A stretch of 63,115 nucleotides of DNA, counting the filler, from Octopus bimaculoides (taxonomy: Eukaryota), in NCBI RefSeq assembly GCF_001194135.2. It is 7 parts of 6 records of this genome, joined end to end, with 100 filler letters (N's around TTAATTAATTAA, not from the genome) between each part and the next. Parts side by side here need not be neighbours in the genome. Positions count along the whole stretch, not along the records: positions 1 to 13,320 come from NC_069004.1; positions 13,421 to 18,346 come from NC_068982.1; positions 18,447 to 23,291 come from NC_068982.1; positions 23,392 to 25,005 come from NC_069008.1; positions 25,106 to 50,459 come from NC_068997.1; 2 more parts are not named here. One strand, 5' to 3'. Each line of letters opens with the position of its first letter. The stretch's first letter is position 1. The notes under the pieces were generated by a model. The model was not told where the DNA came from. It worked only from the letters and a program-made list of their open reading frames with translations, and ran no database searches. The position numbers and the translations under genes were made by a program. Shown here piece by piece: positions 10,805-25,940 of this stretch.

Positions 10805-11830
10805 GGGATGTCTAAAAGTAACCGGAAACATTCTCTGTGGGACAAGCCCATTGTAGTTCAGGCTTCCATCGCTAGAAGTCACTTAATGCAATCCTCAGGC
10901 ATCAGTATGCCAACTGCTGTCGTCGAGTGTAATCTTACTATCNNNNNNNNNNNNNNNNNNNNNNNNNNNNNNNNNNNNNNNNNNNNNNNNNNNNNNNNNN
11001 NNNNNNNNNNNNNNNNNNNNNNNNNNNNNNNNNNNCTATCACGTGGTATGTCTTTACTTTGCAATGCTTCTGCCTTGTTCATCGATTTTGCAATGGTTGA
11101 AATGAAGGAACAGTGTGCTTCCATGAAATTCTGTTTTCTAGTGGGGAAATCGGCAGCCAAAACAGTTGACAAAACAAGTTTATGAGTGGTTTTCACGCTC
11201 TAAGAATGGTCACTTGTCGCTTGAAGACCAACCTTGTTCAAAGTATCTTATTTCTTTATTGCCTACAAGAGGCTAAATATAGAGGGGACAGACAAAGGGA
11301 TTAAGTCGATCACATCGACCCCTGTGCGTAACTGGTACTTAATTTATCGACCCTGAAAGGATGAAAGGCAAAGTCGACCTCGGCGGAATTTGAACTCAGA
11401 ACGTAGCGGCAGACAAAATACTGATAACCATTTCGCCCGGCGTGCTAACGTTTCTGCCAGCTCGCCGCCTCGTTCAAGGCATATGTCAACCTCCCGAACG
11501 AGTGAAAACATCATGAAAATTCATGAAGTGACCTTGGAAGACCATCACCAAACAATTGGCAAACTTGTTGATATGACTGGTGTGTCCTGGAGCTCTTGCC
11601 AATGAATTCTGAGTGAAGAATTGCAAATGAAAAGAATTCCAGCAAAATTTGTGCCTCGTTTGTTCACGGAAGATCAAAAGCAGTCGCAACTGAATGCATG
11701 TTATGAACTGAAAGAACAGTTGGAAATTGGTTCAGACCTATTTTTTTAAGGTCATCATTGGTGACAAAAGCTGGTGCTACAAAATTTGCAGATGTGGAAC
11801 AGGTAAAGAAAAAAAACACAATGTAGGCTA
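10802..11830 (+). pseudogene. Mariner-type transposase remnant, interrupted by a SINE and internally deleted
   Basis: KEQCASMKFCFLVGKSAAKTV, VYEWFSRSKNGHLSLEDQP, ILSEELQMKRIPAKFVPRLFTEDQK, VIIGDKSWCY. A TIR-like GAAGGGATGTCTAAAAGTAACCGG follows a TA run. Confidence 0.85.
11247..11467 (-). mobile_element. tRNA-derived SINE (family B), full length, with target-site duplication
   Basis: The reverse complement starts GGCGGCGAGCTGGCAGAAACGTTAGCACG and has B-box GAGTTCAAATTCC. It is flanked by CCTTGTTCAAAGTAT (11232-11246) and CCTCGTTCAAGGCAT (11468-11482). Confidence 0.9.
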
Positions 11831-12344
11831 AATGCAAAACTGGCACCAAGCCAAAAATTTTTGAAGTACTTGCATGTGTGTATGTGTGTCACATAATTAG
11901 ATGGATGTTGACTCTCTTGAGTTCATACACCCTTTGGTCATTCTTGTATTTCATATTAAACAATGTCATTCTGAAAATAAGCAACCACACCATCAAAATC
12001 TCAAATCTACAAGATGATGAGCTAATGGGTTAAGCCAAAGAGCTTAAATACTTACTGCACGGTTTTCCATTTTTCTGCTAATTTACTGCAGAAACATACA
12101 CCATTGAAAGGCATCAAATAATAAATAAATAAATAACAAAGAATTAAAAACAAAATCATTTTAATTGACAGAAAATAAAATAGGTTTCTTTTAGTAATTA
12201 ACAAAGATTGTTTTGCTGAAAAATATCTGCAAATTTGGACAAAATGAAAATATTTGCATTAGATTTCATATTTTAGTTTGTTTTCTTTATCCTGAAAATT
12301 TTCTAAAAAAATCTAGTAAAAATTTATAAATAATAATAATCCTT

Positions 12345-12555
12345 TCTACTAAAGGTACAAGGCTTGAATTTTTTTGGGGGAAGGGGACTAGTTGATTACA
12401 TCGACCCCAGTGTTTCACTGGTACTTAATCTATCAACCCTGAAAGGATAAAAGGCAAAGTCAACCTCGGTGGAATTTGAACTTGGAATGTAGTGACGGGC
12501 AGAAAACCAATAAGCATTTTACCCGGCTTGCTAACGATTTTGCCAGTTCACCACC
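12345..12555 (-). mobile_element. SINE family B
   Basis: CATCGACCCCAGTG...GGTACTTAATCTATCAACCCTGAAAGGATAAAAGGCAAAGTCAACCTCGGTGGAATTTGAAC; homologous to 11247-11467. Confidence 0.85.
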
Positions 12556-13052
12556 TTATTATCAATAATAATAATAATAAGAAGAAGAAGAATAAGATTC
12601 AAATTTTGGCATAAAGCCAGCAATTTTAGGGGAAGGGATAAATCGATTTCTTTCAACCTAGTATTTGATTAGTACTAGTTTTACTGAGCCTAAAAGGACG
12701 AAAGCTAAAGTCAACCTCAGTGGAATTCGAACTCAGAACGTAGAGATTCAAATGAAATGCTACTGGGGCATTTTGTCTGATACACAAGCAATACTGCCAG
12801 CTTGTTGCTTTAATAATAAAAATGATAATAAAATCACAAAAGTGAAGAGCCTATCGCTTTGCATATATATATCTCTGGAATAAATTGTCGGCTATTGGCA
12901 AATGTAAATGCCATATATAGATACTAGAGCAGGAACGAAGTGTGTACGCATGCGTGTGTGTGTGCGTGCGCGTATAAATGTAAACAATTTTTTTTTTTAT
13001 TAGAAGCGTCGAAATGTGTATTGCATGATACAAATAAGATTTTTGTTTATTT

Positions 13053-13182
13053 AATGCAGAGTTTCCGTTAGAACAGGTAAATACTGGGTAAATTACTCTT
13101 ACAAGGCAGAAAAATTTGGTCAACAACCAGCCGTTGACAAACTTACCCAGTATTTCTGATGTTCTAACGACAACTCTACATT
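13053..13182. repeat. Imperfect inverted repeat / hairpin
   Basis: AGAGTTTCCGTTAGAACAGGTAAATACTGGGTAA pairs with TTACCCAGTATTTCTGATGTTCTAACGACAACTCT; inner GTCAAC/GTTGAC stem. Confidence 0.8.
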
Positions 13183-13364
13183 CGAAAAAAAATATCATCT
13201 TATTTGTATTGTGTATACACACACACACACACATCATATATATATACACACATACATGCACACACACACACGTACTTAGAAAAATGAAGCGCGTGAAAGT
13301 TATTTCCCTTGGAATGTAAANNNNNNNNNNNNNNNNNNNNNNNNNNNNNNNNNNNNNNNNNNNN

Positions 13365-13376
13365 TTAATTAATTAA
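13365..13376. other. Assembly gap linker TTAATTAATTAA (also 18391-18402, 23336-23347, 25050-25061, 50504-50515, 60717-60728)
   Basis: Each copy sits inside an N run. Where counted, the layout is 44 N + 12 bp + 44 N = exactly 100 bp. Confidence 0.95.
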
Positions 13377-13512
13377 NNNNNNNNNNNNNNNNNNNNNNNN
13401 NNNNNNNNNNNNNNNNNNNNTATATGACAAAAAGAAAAACGAAAACGGAGAAATTGATGCCGACATCCCTTAAAGAGGGTTTTATATCCTTGATTTAATT
13501 ATATTTATACAT

Positions 13513-13551
<39 letters not shown>

Positions 13552-13589
13552 TCTGTATTTGTTTATTTTTATACACACGCACACATCCT

Positions 13590-13745
13590 CCGCTTGTCAA
13601 CCGGTGATTGTTTGCTTACGTTCTCTGTAACTTACTCGTTCAGCAAAGGGCTAGCATAAGTACTAGTGAGTACTATTTTCGACCTATTCAACTAAAACCC
13701 TTCAAGGCGGCGCCCCAGCATGGCCGCAGTTTAATGTCATCAGCA
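13590..13745 (+). mobile_element. SINE 3' module (family C tail)
   Basis: CCGCTTGTCAACCGGTG...CCCTTCAAGGCGGCGCCCCAGCATGGCCGCAG, following (CA)n. Confidence 0.7.
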
Positions 13746-14264
13746 ACTAAAGATAAAAGACCTGACCGTAGCATTCACCAGATTTCTTTTACCCACAAGA
13801 TCTACTCTTATCTGCATCGTGTTATGTCCATGAAATTTGAAAGAAAATGTCTGTATCTACGGACAGAAAAGAGGGACCGAATTGACAAAGTTTTGATTAG
13901 AATCGGAATCGTCTTCAGAAGCCGCATAGCATGCTTTCTGTCACCGACGATAATATGCATGTGTATGCGTACAAAAATGTATACATTTAGGTGCGCGTTT
14001 ATGGCTGTGCGCATAAGTTCGTTATGCGAGGGAATGTCTGCAGGAGTTTCTATGTACGTCGATGTGTATGTATATGCGAGCATGTACGAATAAATATAAG
14101 AGTGGGCTTGTAGCTAGGCATTTACTAAAGCATTTTATTCACAAGCATGCCTTATTCAGAAATGNNNNNNNNNNNNNNNNNNNNNNNNNNNNNNNNNNNN
14201 NNNNNNNNNNNNNNNNNNNNNNNNNNNNNNNNNNNNNNNNNNNNNNNNNNNNNNNNNNNNNNNN

Positions 14265-14856
14265 GTGAAGGTGGTGATTGTGATTGCAGTGGCACTTGCG
14301 GTGAGGCAAGGTGGTGGCTCCGACGATGAGAATAGTAGTGGTAGTGGCAGTGGTGGTAGCAGTGCTTATGGTGGTAGTTGTGGCGGTTGTAGTGATAGTG
14401 GTAATGGCGGCGTCTGAAAGTAGTAAAGGTTGCGGTGCTGATGGTTGTGAAGGTGGTGGTGGTGGTATATGCGATGATGGTAGTGGTGATGGTGGTGGTT
14501 GGGGTGTTTATAAGGGTGTTAATGTTGATGGCTGGGGTGATTATGAAGGTGTTAATGGTGGTGGTGGTGGTGGTGGTGGTGGTGGTGGTTTTGACGCTGT
14601 TATTGTAGTTGTTTAACACAAAGTCGGCTCTGTTTGATCAGACTTATGATCAAAGGCATTCCAGCCGTGATCATCTCATCGTTTTTTTTCTTCCTGGGGT
14701 ATGGTATACCTCAGATTACATAATATGTGTCCTTTGCTTATTTAAAACGGTTGGATGTGATTTGAGGGACATCTGGCTGCTATGCCGAGCCGATCGTGCG
14801 GCCAAATACGTAACAATATGCATTGATATTAGTATCCCTAGTGACAGCATGGGTTT

Positions 14857-14913
<57 letters not shown>

Positions 14914-15402
14914 AGTTTGTGTTGGTGGTAGTGGTAGCGTTATTATAAATAGGAGTGTTGGCAGTGGTGATGTTAGCATAAGCAGTGGTGCTGGTTGTGG
15001 TGTTGTTAGTATAAACAGCAGCGAAAGTTAGTGATGTTTCTTGTATAGGTAACAGTGTACGTAGTGATGATGTTCGTATAAGAAGTGGCGAGTGGCGGTG
15101 GTAGTATATGTAGTCGTAATGGTCATTTAGTTAGTGGTGACGTTAGTAACAAATAGTGTTGGTAACAGTATAGGTGGTTGTTGCGATAGTGATGCTTGTA
15201 TACAGGTGCGGCGTTAGCACAGGTTGTGGTTCTAGTAATGAGTGTTCACAGAGCCAACTGTGTTGTTGTTGGTGATGATGGTGGTTATTATATATGCATA
15301 GACTCAAGATTCCCTTGCATGCATATAGAGAAGAAGAAGAAGAAGAAGAAGAAGAAGAAGAAGAAGAAGAAGAAGAAGAAGAAGAAGAAGAAGAAGAAGA
15401 AG

Positions 15403-15447
<45 letters not shown>

Positions 15448-15449
15448 AA

Positions 15450-15450
<1 letters not shown>
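14265..15450. repeat. Compound trinucleotide microsatellite field: (GGT)n, (AGT)n, (GAA)n, (CAA)n
   Basis: Pure runs at about 14555-14590, 14860-14912 and 15328-15450. Confidence 0.9.
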
Positions 15451-18176
<2,726 letters not shown>

Positions 18177-18177
18177 G

Positions 18178-18695
18178 ACCCAGTAAGAAATTAAGGCAAA
18201 TAGACCAGATATAGTTGTCAAAGATCATGAAGGAAAAAAATGCCTTCTAATTGATGTTTCAATACCAGCAGATGACAACGTTTCTCTAAAAGAAATGGAA
18301 AAACTTTCAAAATACAAAGACCTGGAAATAGAGATAACTCGAATGTNNNNNNNNNNNNNNNNNNNNNNNNNNNNNNNNNNNNNNNNNNNNTTAATTAATT
18401 AANNNNNNNNNNNNNNNNNNNNNNNNNNNNNNNNNNNNNNNNNNNNCAAAAGATAGTGCTCATGGGAACTGCCCATATCCTACGTAAAATACTGTCTATG
18501 TGATCTCTAATTTTAAAGCAAACAGATAATTTTCTTATGGTTTCTTAAATATTCACTAGAACAAAACTGTACAAATCCAAATATATGGTACCCTAGGCAT
18601 AACACCTACATGAACTTCTAATTTGTTGTCTCTTGAGGTCTCTGGGTGAGACTTGGATCCAACTTGTACAAATGCAAAACAAAAGTCAAACATAA

Positions 18696-18700
<5 letters not shown>
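18178..18700 (+). pseudogene. Second Dong/R4-type 3' fragment (REL endonuclease + 3' UTR) between (TAA)n tracts
   Basis: IKANRPDIVVKDHEGKKCLLIDVSIPADDNVSLKEMEKLSKYKDL has the PD..D endonuclease pattern. Confidence 0.88.
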
Positions 18701-18761
<61 letters not shown>

Positions 18762-18765
<4 letters not shown>

Positions 18766-19010
18766 GACTTGGCATCAGTAAATCCCAGAAAGGGTCACCG
18801 AGATTTAGATTTTAAAAATCCTGTGGGATGCAATTATTCAGTGCGATCACCTGACCAGACATCGGAAACCGGACATTGCTTCGGTGAATAGAAAAATGGA
18901 AGGACATGCATGATGATCGACATAGCATGTCCCGGTGACAACAGGACCAATGTGAAAGAGGAAGGAAAAGTAAACAATTATGACGATCTGAAGTAGGAAA
19001 TACGGAGTGG
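18762..19010 (+). pseudogene. Third Dong/R4-type REL endonuclease fragment
   Basis: KILWDAIIQCDHLTRHRKPDI and CMMIDIACPGDNRTNVKEEGKVNNYDDLK; starts directly after (TAA)n. Confidence 0.8.
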
Positions 19011-19199
19011 GAAAATCTGAATTGGGAAATAATAATGGTTTCTTTATTAATCATAAAGGTTTTGCATAAAGAAAAACATTATTGACAGTACAGGAGAAAA
19101 CACAGAATGTGTGTCTGTCTTGTTGCGAGGGTTTTGGGTGTAAACAATATTAACATAATGAAGGAAAAACAACAAAATACAAAAGAATTCAACAATGTT

Positions 19200-19835
19200 T
19201 AATCTCCAACAGGGAGGAGACGTTCGAGGGCTGCTCATGGAAATATCCCATAAAAACCATGGATTTTCTCCGCTTACAGACGTATTTTCAGAGCAGGCCT
19301 GTAAACTCGCACCATTCTCGCCACTTTCATCCCCTTTTCAGCAAACTGGCTACAAGACAATACTTCCCTCTCTACCCTTATTCTTCTTTTCAAATGAAAA
19401 TTGAAGTGGTTGATCAAGGATTGGCCAAAGAGAGAAGTGTTTGTCTTCAGCACCTGTAGTCTCGTATACCATAAAACCTCTTTCGCCATGGCCATAAGGC
19501 ATATAAAGACAGCCTGCCCTTCCAGGTTAAAGGATGATGGTGGGGGTGATCTTTACGATGGACTCAATTGACACCCGCATTCGTTCTATACGCCACAGCA
19601 GGTATTCGACATAAACCCACAGGTCAGCAATACTCGAGCACTGGACGAGTGCATGGAGGACCGTCTCGTCGTCCTGCGTGCATCTTGAATATGGTCGGCT
19701 ACAGCACTTCCTTGCACGTATAGTTTATCTTGAACAAGCAAAGCTACCCGGTAGCACTGCCAGGCGAGAAAGTTTTGGAAGTTATCCATTGGTCCCGGGT
19801 CGAAAGGTCTCCGGAAAGAGCGGCTATTTCCACAA
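19200..19835 (-). pseudogene. Tx1/L1-like LINE ORF2 3' end (zf-RVT region)
   Basis: PGPMDNFQNFLAWQCYRVALLVQDKLY and AKEVLWYTRLQVLKTNTSLFGQSLINHFNFHLKRRIRVERE; homologous to 58460-59395 and 33905-34330. Confidence 0.8.
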
Positions 19836-19887
19836 ACAAACACACACATATACATACATACATACATACAGACATACAGACAGACAG

Positions 19888-19919
<32 letters not shown>

Positions 19920-21224
19920 ACGCATAAAAATAATATATATATATATAGTAGCAAACGCTAGTATATATATATACTAGCAAACGCACCAGTCCTTCGGACA
20001 GTTTAAGTTGCTTTGGTGGTATTTTTTCACCAAATATTTGAAACACTGAGAAGGTTTATGAACAAGCGATGTTTCTGGGTAACTTAGGAAAAGAAAATCA
20101 AATTGAAGGTTGTTTACTGTGGAGGTTGTTGTACTTTAATGATCATAGAACATATAGATTTGCAAGCGATGCAAAGTAGACCTACTGAAGTGTTTTGGGT
20201 GTAGACTACGGATAATGACTACAAAATATAGTGGTTTTACATGAAAGCGAAATTTCTTGTCAGAAACAGCTACATAAATGGCATAAGAAAATTGAAGGAA
20301 GACGTTGAAACTTCCCCTCTGCGTGTTTATTTTATTTAACAGCAAAGGAGCTATTTTTTGGGAGAGAAGTATGGTTGGTACGTTCAAAAATGACAATAGA
20401 ATACCTACTTGAAAAAGTAGAGTTAAAGGAATGTATTTGCTACGTGCTTACAGTGTACGACAACTCTGAAATTAACTTCAGGTAACGAAGAATGAAGACA
20501 TGAAGAGTTTGACTTCAATTCATGAATACTGTTTTGAATCTTTAGCGTTGGCAGTGAAAAGATGTCACATTTGAAATATCATAATGAATGGGTAAATAAG
20601 CATCCTTAAATTGAAACAACACATTGGTAGGTAAACAAAGGTGTCAACAAATAGAAGAGACGGAAGGGAACATCAGGTTTCAAGTAACTCAGAAGAGGTA
20701 AAGGTAAGCTTGCCAAAGTTTAATGCAGTTTAAATATGGAGATTAAGATTGTTTGGTATTGGATATTCATCGCGTACAGTGTTCCTAGTCAATTTAATCA
20801 GCGTCGCAGGTGAACAATCGAAATATATAAATAGACAAACTCCTTTCAGTTTTATAATATTCTCTAAACAAATAATAACACACAATTACAACATATAAAT
20901 AAATAGTAAATAAAAAAAATGTGAAAACCACCAAAAAATATTCTCTAATGCCAATATACGGCCATATAGAAAATATGGAAGACCTTACATACAAAAAAAA
21001 ACAATGTACATACAACGAATTAGAAAAAAACAAACATGTAAATCACCGTTTTTCTCGGTTTGTCCATTTACGCGGGAGCTATGGGCAAAATATTAAAGTG
21101 CAGCACCATCCTTGGTCCATAAGTAATGTGTGTGTAAAGTTTGGTGAAAATCGGTTGAGAATTGTGCAAATGTATGCATTAGTCAACATAACACACTGTG
21201 ATTTACATATACTAGATATATGTC

Positions 21225-21383
21225 CGACGGCCTTCTTTCAGTTTCCGTCAACCAAATCCACTCACTAGGCTTTGGTTGGCCCAAGGTTATAGTATAAGAC
21301 ACTTGCTCAAGGCGCCACGCAGTAGGACTGAACCCGGAACCGTGCGGTTGGGAAGCAGACTACTTACCACACAGCCACGCCTG
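21225..21383 (-). mobile_element. SINE family C head
   Basis: Reverse complement GCAGGCGTGGCTGTGTGGTAAGTAG...GGTTCCGGGTTCAGTCC...CCTTGAGCAAGTGTC. Confidence 0.85.
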
Positions 21384-22561
21384 CATACATGCATACACCC
21401 AAATACACACACCTTCATACATACATACAAACATACATACATACATACATATGCATGTTTGTATGAATATCAACTGATAAAGAGAAACATGATTTTATTC
21501 AATTAATCCTTTACATACAGTTCGCTTTAAGCAATTATCTTTAAAATTAATTGTTTGTCACCCGTTGAGTTTTCACTCATATTTATTTGTTCCTTAAATA
21601 TTTGGGGTACTTATCTGTTTTTCTAATATTTTTAAACCCTACTGAGTGAGCATCATCGAAATATTCGTATTTTCTTTTGTCATAATACTTTTTTGTAATT
21701 AATCCTGAAAATTACCCGTCGCCGACATGTTGAATATGGAAGCAAATGTTAATGAAGGCTTTTATTATTATTTTTGTTTCTCTATTTTATTTTGCTTGGT
21801 TGAAGAATAAATAACAAGCTTCATCTTGCAGCATGCAACGATTCATCACAGGGGTGTTTCTTAATGGTGCAAATATTTTCTTATAATTGTCCCTCGGCCA
21901 GCAAGTGGCTTTCCATTATACATTTAATCACTTGACTAAACAAATTATCAAATAAGAGCGTTTTATTTCTCAAATACTTGAGATAACTGAAAAATACCAG
22001 TTAATCGTTTGGTTCTTTTATATTAAAAAAAAAACGTTAATCTCATGCAGATGGGAATAGATCTTCCCTTCAGGGCAAAATGGTGAAGCAATGACCGCTA
22101 TTCTTTTCTGTAACGCCTCCCCATAAAAAAGCCTAAGTTTTATTCAAAAGCAAACAAATTCTATTATCTGATTTCATTGGAGTTATCTCCTTTGCTTGGT
22201 AGTATTTTTAGTTATTAAATATACACAATAGAGTTTTTGACAAATAATTACAGGGATAGTTTTTGTCAATACAAATGTTCTTCTCACTAGTCTGTTTTCA
22301 GTTTAATTCAACGTTTCTTTGCTTCTTTTTACTTTCCTAAAATTTCCTCTTAGTTAAATTTTATTCAAGCTCTTTGTTTCACTTACTGTATTATTTTGGA
22401 TTAAGAGAACAAAATCTTTATAGAAACGTGTCATCTACAAATTGCAGAGAAAATCTCATTTAAGTAAAAGTTACTTAAAACCGTACCGCGTTTCATTTAC
22501 ACTTCAGAACGGTTTTACTTTTCCTCAATTCTATTATTAAAATTCCTATTAAGAGTCATTA

Positions 22562-22562
22562 A

Positions 22563-22628
<66 letters not shown>
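22562..22628. repeat. (CTAT)n microsatellite
   Basis: Pure tetranucleotide run. Confidence 0.95.
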
Positions 22629-22629
<1 letters not shown>

Positions 22630-23240
22630 TTGTGCCCCACATTTTATAATCCATGGGATTATAATCGGTGGAATTAGAAACCAGAATGTGGGACTGGTAA
22701 AATCGTAGAAATTTTCCGTCAATCACTTCAGACTCTTGTCGAGGTGTGGCAAGGAACCGAATCCTGCTGCCACACATCTAACCTTCCAGCAGTTACCCTC
22801 TCTAGCTAGAATTGACAACAGTCTCAGTAGCTTCACATCATGTTTGAATTGAGCTTAAGGTCATGATCAAAGATGAGGGAACAAATACCGGCAGGCGAAC
22901 GCGGTCAAGATGTCTGCTGTGTCCCTTCCAGCTGGCCACGGCTTCATAATCTCTGTTGCAACTGTTCATGTCACATCTTACAGTCTTTCAAGTGCTCACA
23001 GAGCACTGAGTAGCATTCATGATATCAGCATTTTGAAATCCGGCGCGAATCATGATGATACAGATAACTATTTTCCAATATTCAGATGGCTTCCAGTCTT
23101 TCAGATAAGCTAACTTTTTCTCAGCTGCAACTTTATATGAATGTATACGCATAACCTTTGCAAAGATATTACCCGTAATATTATTCTTAACACTGTGAAG
23201 AGTACCTTCATATCGATCGTTTCGTTGCCGCAAACGTGAG
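22630..23240 (-). pseudogene. Tc1/mariner-superfamily transposase remnant
   Basis: Minus-strand fragments PSEYWKIVICIIMIRAG..NADI..ATQCS (HTH start) and VWQQDSVPCHTS, a QQD.AP.H-like catalytic region. Many stop codons. Confidence 0.6.
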
Positions 23241-23624
23241 TATATATATATATATACCCACACACAAACTTATATATATATATATATATATNNNNNNNNN
23301 NNNNNNNNNNNNNNNNNNNNNNNNNNNNNNNNNNNTTAATTAATTAANNNNNNNNNNNNNNNNNNNNNNNNNNNNNNNNNNNNNNNNNNNNTTAGAAATA
23401 TTACTTTATTTGTGTGTATGGTTAAAATTTCATCAACATCAAAAATATATGAATTTTCATGGGGGTTATGGTTGTTATGCATAGAATATAATTTCCAAAT
23501 TTCATAAAGATCCATTCAGTACTTTTGACGTAGTTTTGGATAAGAAAACAAATGACTAATGTGTGTGTTTGTGTGCATGTGTATGTGTGTGTGTATGGGT
23601 GTATATATGTATAGATATCTGTAT

Positions 23625-24825
23625 TCATTCTGAAACGGGTCTGCAATCCCTTGTATCTGCATTTGACGCAGCTTGTGATGATTTTGGCCTGACCATCAAT
23701 CTGAAAAAGACAGTTGTAATGTATCAACCTGTGTATGGTGCTGTTTGTAACCCCACTAAAATTTTTGATAAGGGAAAGTTACTTGAGGTTGTCAATTCAT
23801 TTTCTACCTAGGAAGCTCTGTTCAAGATGATGGAAATCTTGATACAGAAATACATCTGCGAATTCAAAGGGCAGCAAAAGCATTTGTTGGCTTGGAGTCA
23901 TGCATTTGGTGCCAGCGACATATAAATAACAATACAAAGCTGGCTCTTTACAAATCATTTGTCTTACCATCCCTATTGTATTCCTGTGAAACTTGGACTT
24001 TTTATGAAAGGCATTTTAAACTGTTAGAACAATTCCACCAAAAATGCCTTCGTCATATTTTAAAAATTAAATGGAATTCTTTTACTCCAAACACAGATAT
24101 CCTTGCATCTGCAGGTATCCCCTCAATTAAAGCTATGATTTTGAGGAATCAATTGAGATGGAGTGGCTATATTGTTCGAATGGCAGATGAACGCATGCCG
24201 AAACTGCTGTTTTATGGTGAGCTTGCAGAGGGGAAACGCTATCGGCATAAACCTAAAAAAAGGTTTAAGGATGGCATAAAGAATACTATAAAGTCACTTG
24301 GAATGGTTCCAGAAGATATAGAAACCCTCACTTCAGATCGAGTTGGATGGCGATCAAAAGTGTTGAATGGAATGAAAGCGTTTGAAGAGGCCAGGATAAT
24401 GCAAGCAAGACTCAAAAGATATTTAAGGAAGAATGTAAAGATCGAGAAGGTGAATTACAAGGACCTTTTTGTATGCACAGTCTGTGACAGACCATGCCTG
24501 TCTTTGGCTGGCCTCAAATCTCACCTGCAAACCCATGGAAAACAAATTTCAACCAACTATTCTGATTATATGTCTGTACACACGTTTGAATGTGGTGTAT
24601 GCCAGAAGGTTTGCAAATCCAATGGGGGTCTTACAAGACATGTTAAGATCCACAAAGAGCAGAACTTACCTGCAGGTATTGGTAGTTCAAATAAGAGGTG
24701 CAATCTGTGTGGGCGTTTTTTCAGAACATTGTCTGGTTTAAAAAGCCACATCAGACTTCATGAAGGGGCTAAGGTATAGGTACAGGAGGTGGTCAAACTC
24801 TGTGTAAGGTGTAGACAACCACCAT
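23625..24825 (+). pseudogene. RTE-clade LINE, 5'-truncated, ORF ending in three C2H2 zinc fingers (one frameshift near 23800)
   Basis: LQSLVSAF..ACDDFGLTINLKKTVVM, FYLGSSV, TKLALYKSFVLPSLLYSCETW, QLRWSGYIVRM..ERMPK.L.YGEL..GKR. Then CTVC..LKSHLQTH, CGVC..LTRHVKIH and CNLC..LKSHIRLH. Confidence 0.9.
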
Positions 24826-25105
24826 GCATGTATATATGTGTTTATATGTGTACATATTACATGTACATCTATATATATACATCTACACATATGTATACAT
24901 ATACATGTATGCATATAGATCTATATCTATATATATATATCTATACATATACGTGTACATATACATCTATATGTATACATATATACATATACATCTCTCT
25001 CTCTCNNNNNNNNNNNNNNNNNNNNNNNNNNNNNNNNNNNNNNNNNNNNTTAATTAATTAANNNNNNNNNNNNNNNNNNNNNNNNNNNNNNNNNNNNNNN
25101 NNNNN

Positions 25106-25187
<82 letters not shown>

Positions 25188-25373
25188 TTATGCATGTATG
25201 TATGTATGTATGTATATATAATGGAGACCACTAGGTGGACAATTAATGTTTTAGAAGAAGATTACATGTAACGTGTCTACTAAGACCGAATTGTTCTCAA
25301 TGGAAATTTAGTGAAGTAACAAAAACGTATGCGGGCAAGACAAGTGAAAATTACATAAATATATACAAAGTTA

Positions 25374-25437
25374 TCCGCAAACTAGTTTCGAAATTAACAC
25401 TTTCTTACCGAAAATATCTGTTTCTCATCAGTATAGA
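25374..25437 (-). ncRNA. Type I hammerhead ribozyme motif (left arm)
   Basis: UCUAUA-CUGAUGA-GAAA..UUUC-GAAA-CUAG-UU-UGCGGA; core intact, palindromic AACUAGUU stem III, stem I partly mutated. Confidence 0.7.
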
Positions 25438-25876
25438 CTGCCAGAGAAATATTATTCTCAGAATCGTATACAAGTTGTTCCCCACGAATGAGGCACGTTC
25501 ACACTGTTCTGTTAATTATAATTATGATATGATTCAAAAGTCTTCGTTTTTGGGGCGCTAAATCCGGAAATATCTCTGTAGAACTTTTCTGAATCTCCCT
25601 GATTCTTTTAATGTGCTTGTTGCCTGGTATTAAATTGATATTAATTAATTACCAATTTTTTACCCTACTTTTTTAATTTAATTAACCATAACCACGTTCT
25701 CAAAGTTGGTATATTCGATGCAGAAACCATTTTCTGCATAGATATTTCCGGATGTAGCGCGCCAAAACTAAGACTTTTGAATCTTACTTTAAGTTTAATT
25801 AACAGAACCGTGTGCACGTGCCTTATTCGTGGGGAACAACTAGTATACGAATCTGAGAATTATATTTATTTGGCAG

Positions 25877-25940
25877 TCCGTACTGATGAGAAACAGATAT
25901 TTTCGGTAAGAAAGTGTTAATTTCGAAGTTAATTTGCGGA
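25877..25940 (+). ncRNA. Type I hammerhead ribozyme motif (right arm)
   Basis: UCCGUA-CUGAUGA-GAAA..UUUC-GAAG-UUAA-UU-UGCGGA; stem I fully paired, GAAA changed to GAAG. Confidence 0.65.

Noticed and set aside
20050-20780. Possible degenerate LINE endonuclease on the minus strand
   Set aside because: No diagnostic motif could be read with confidence.
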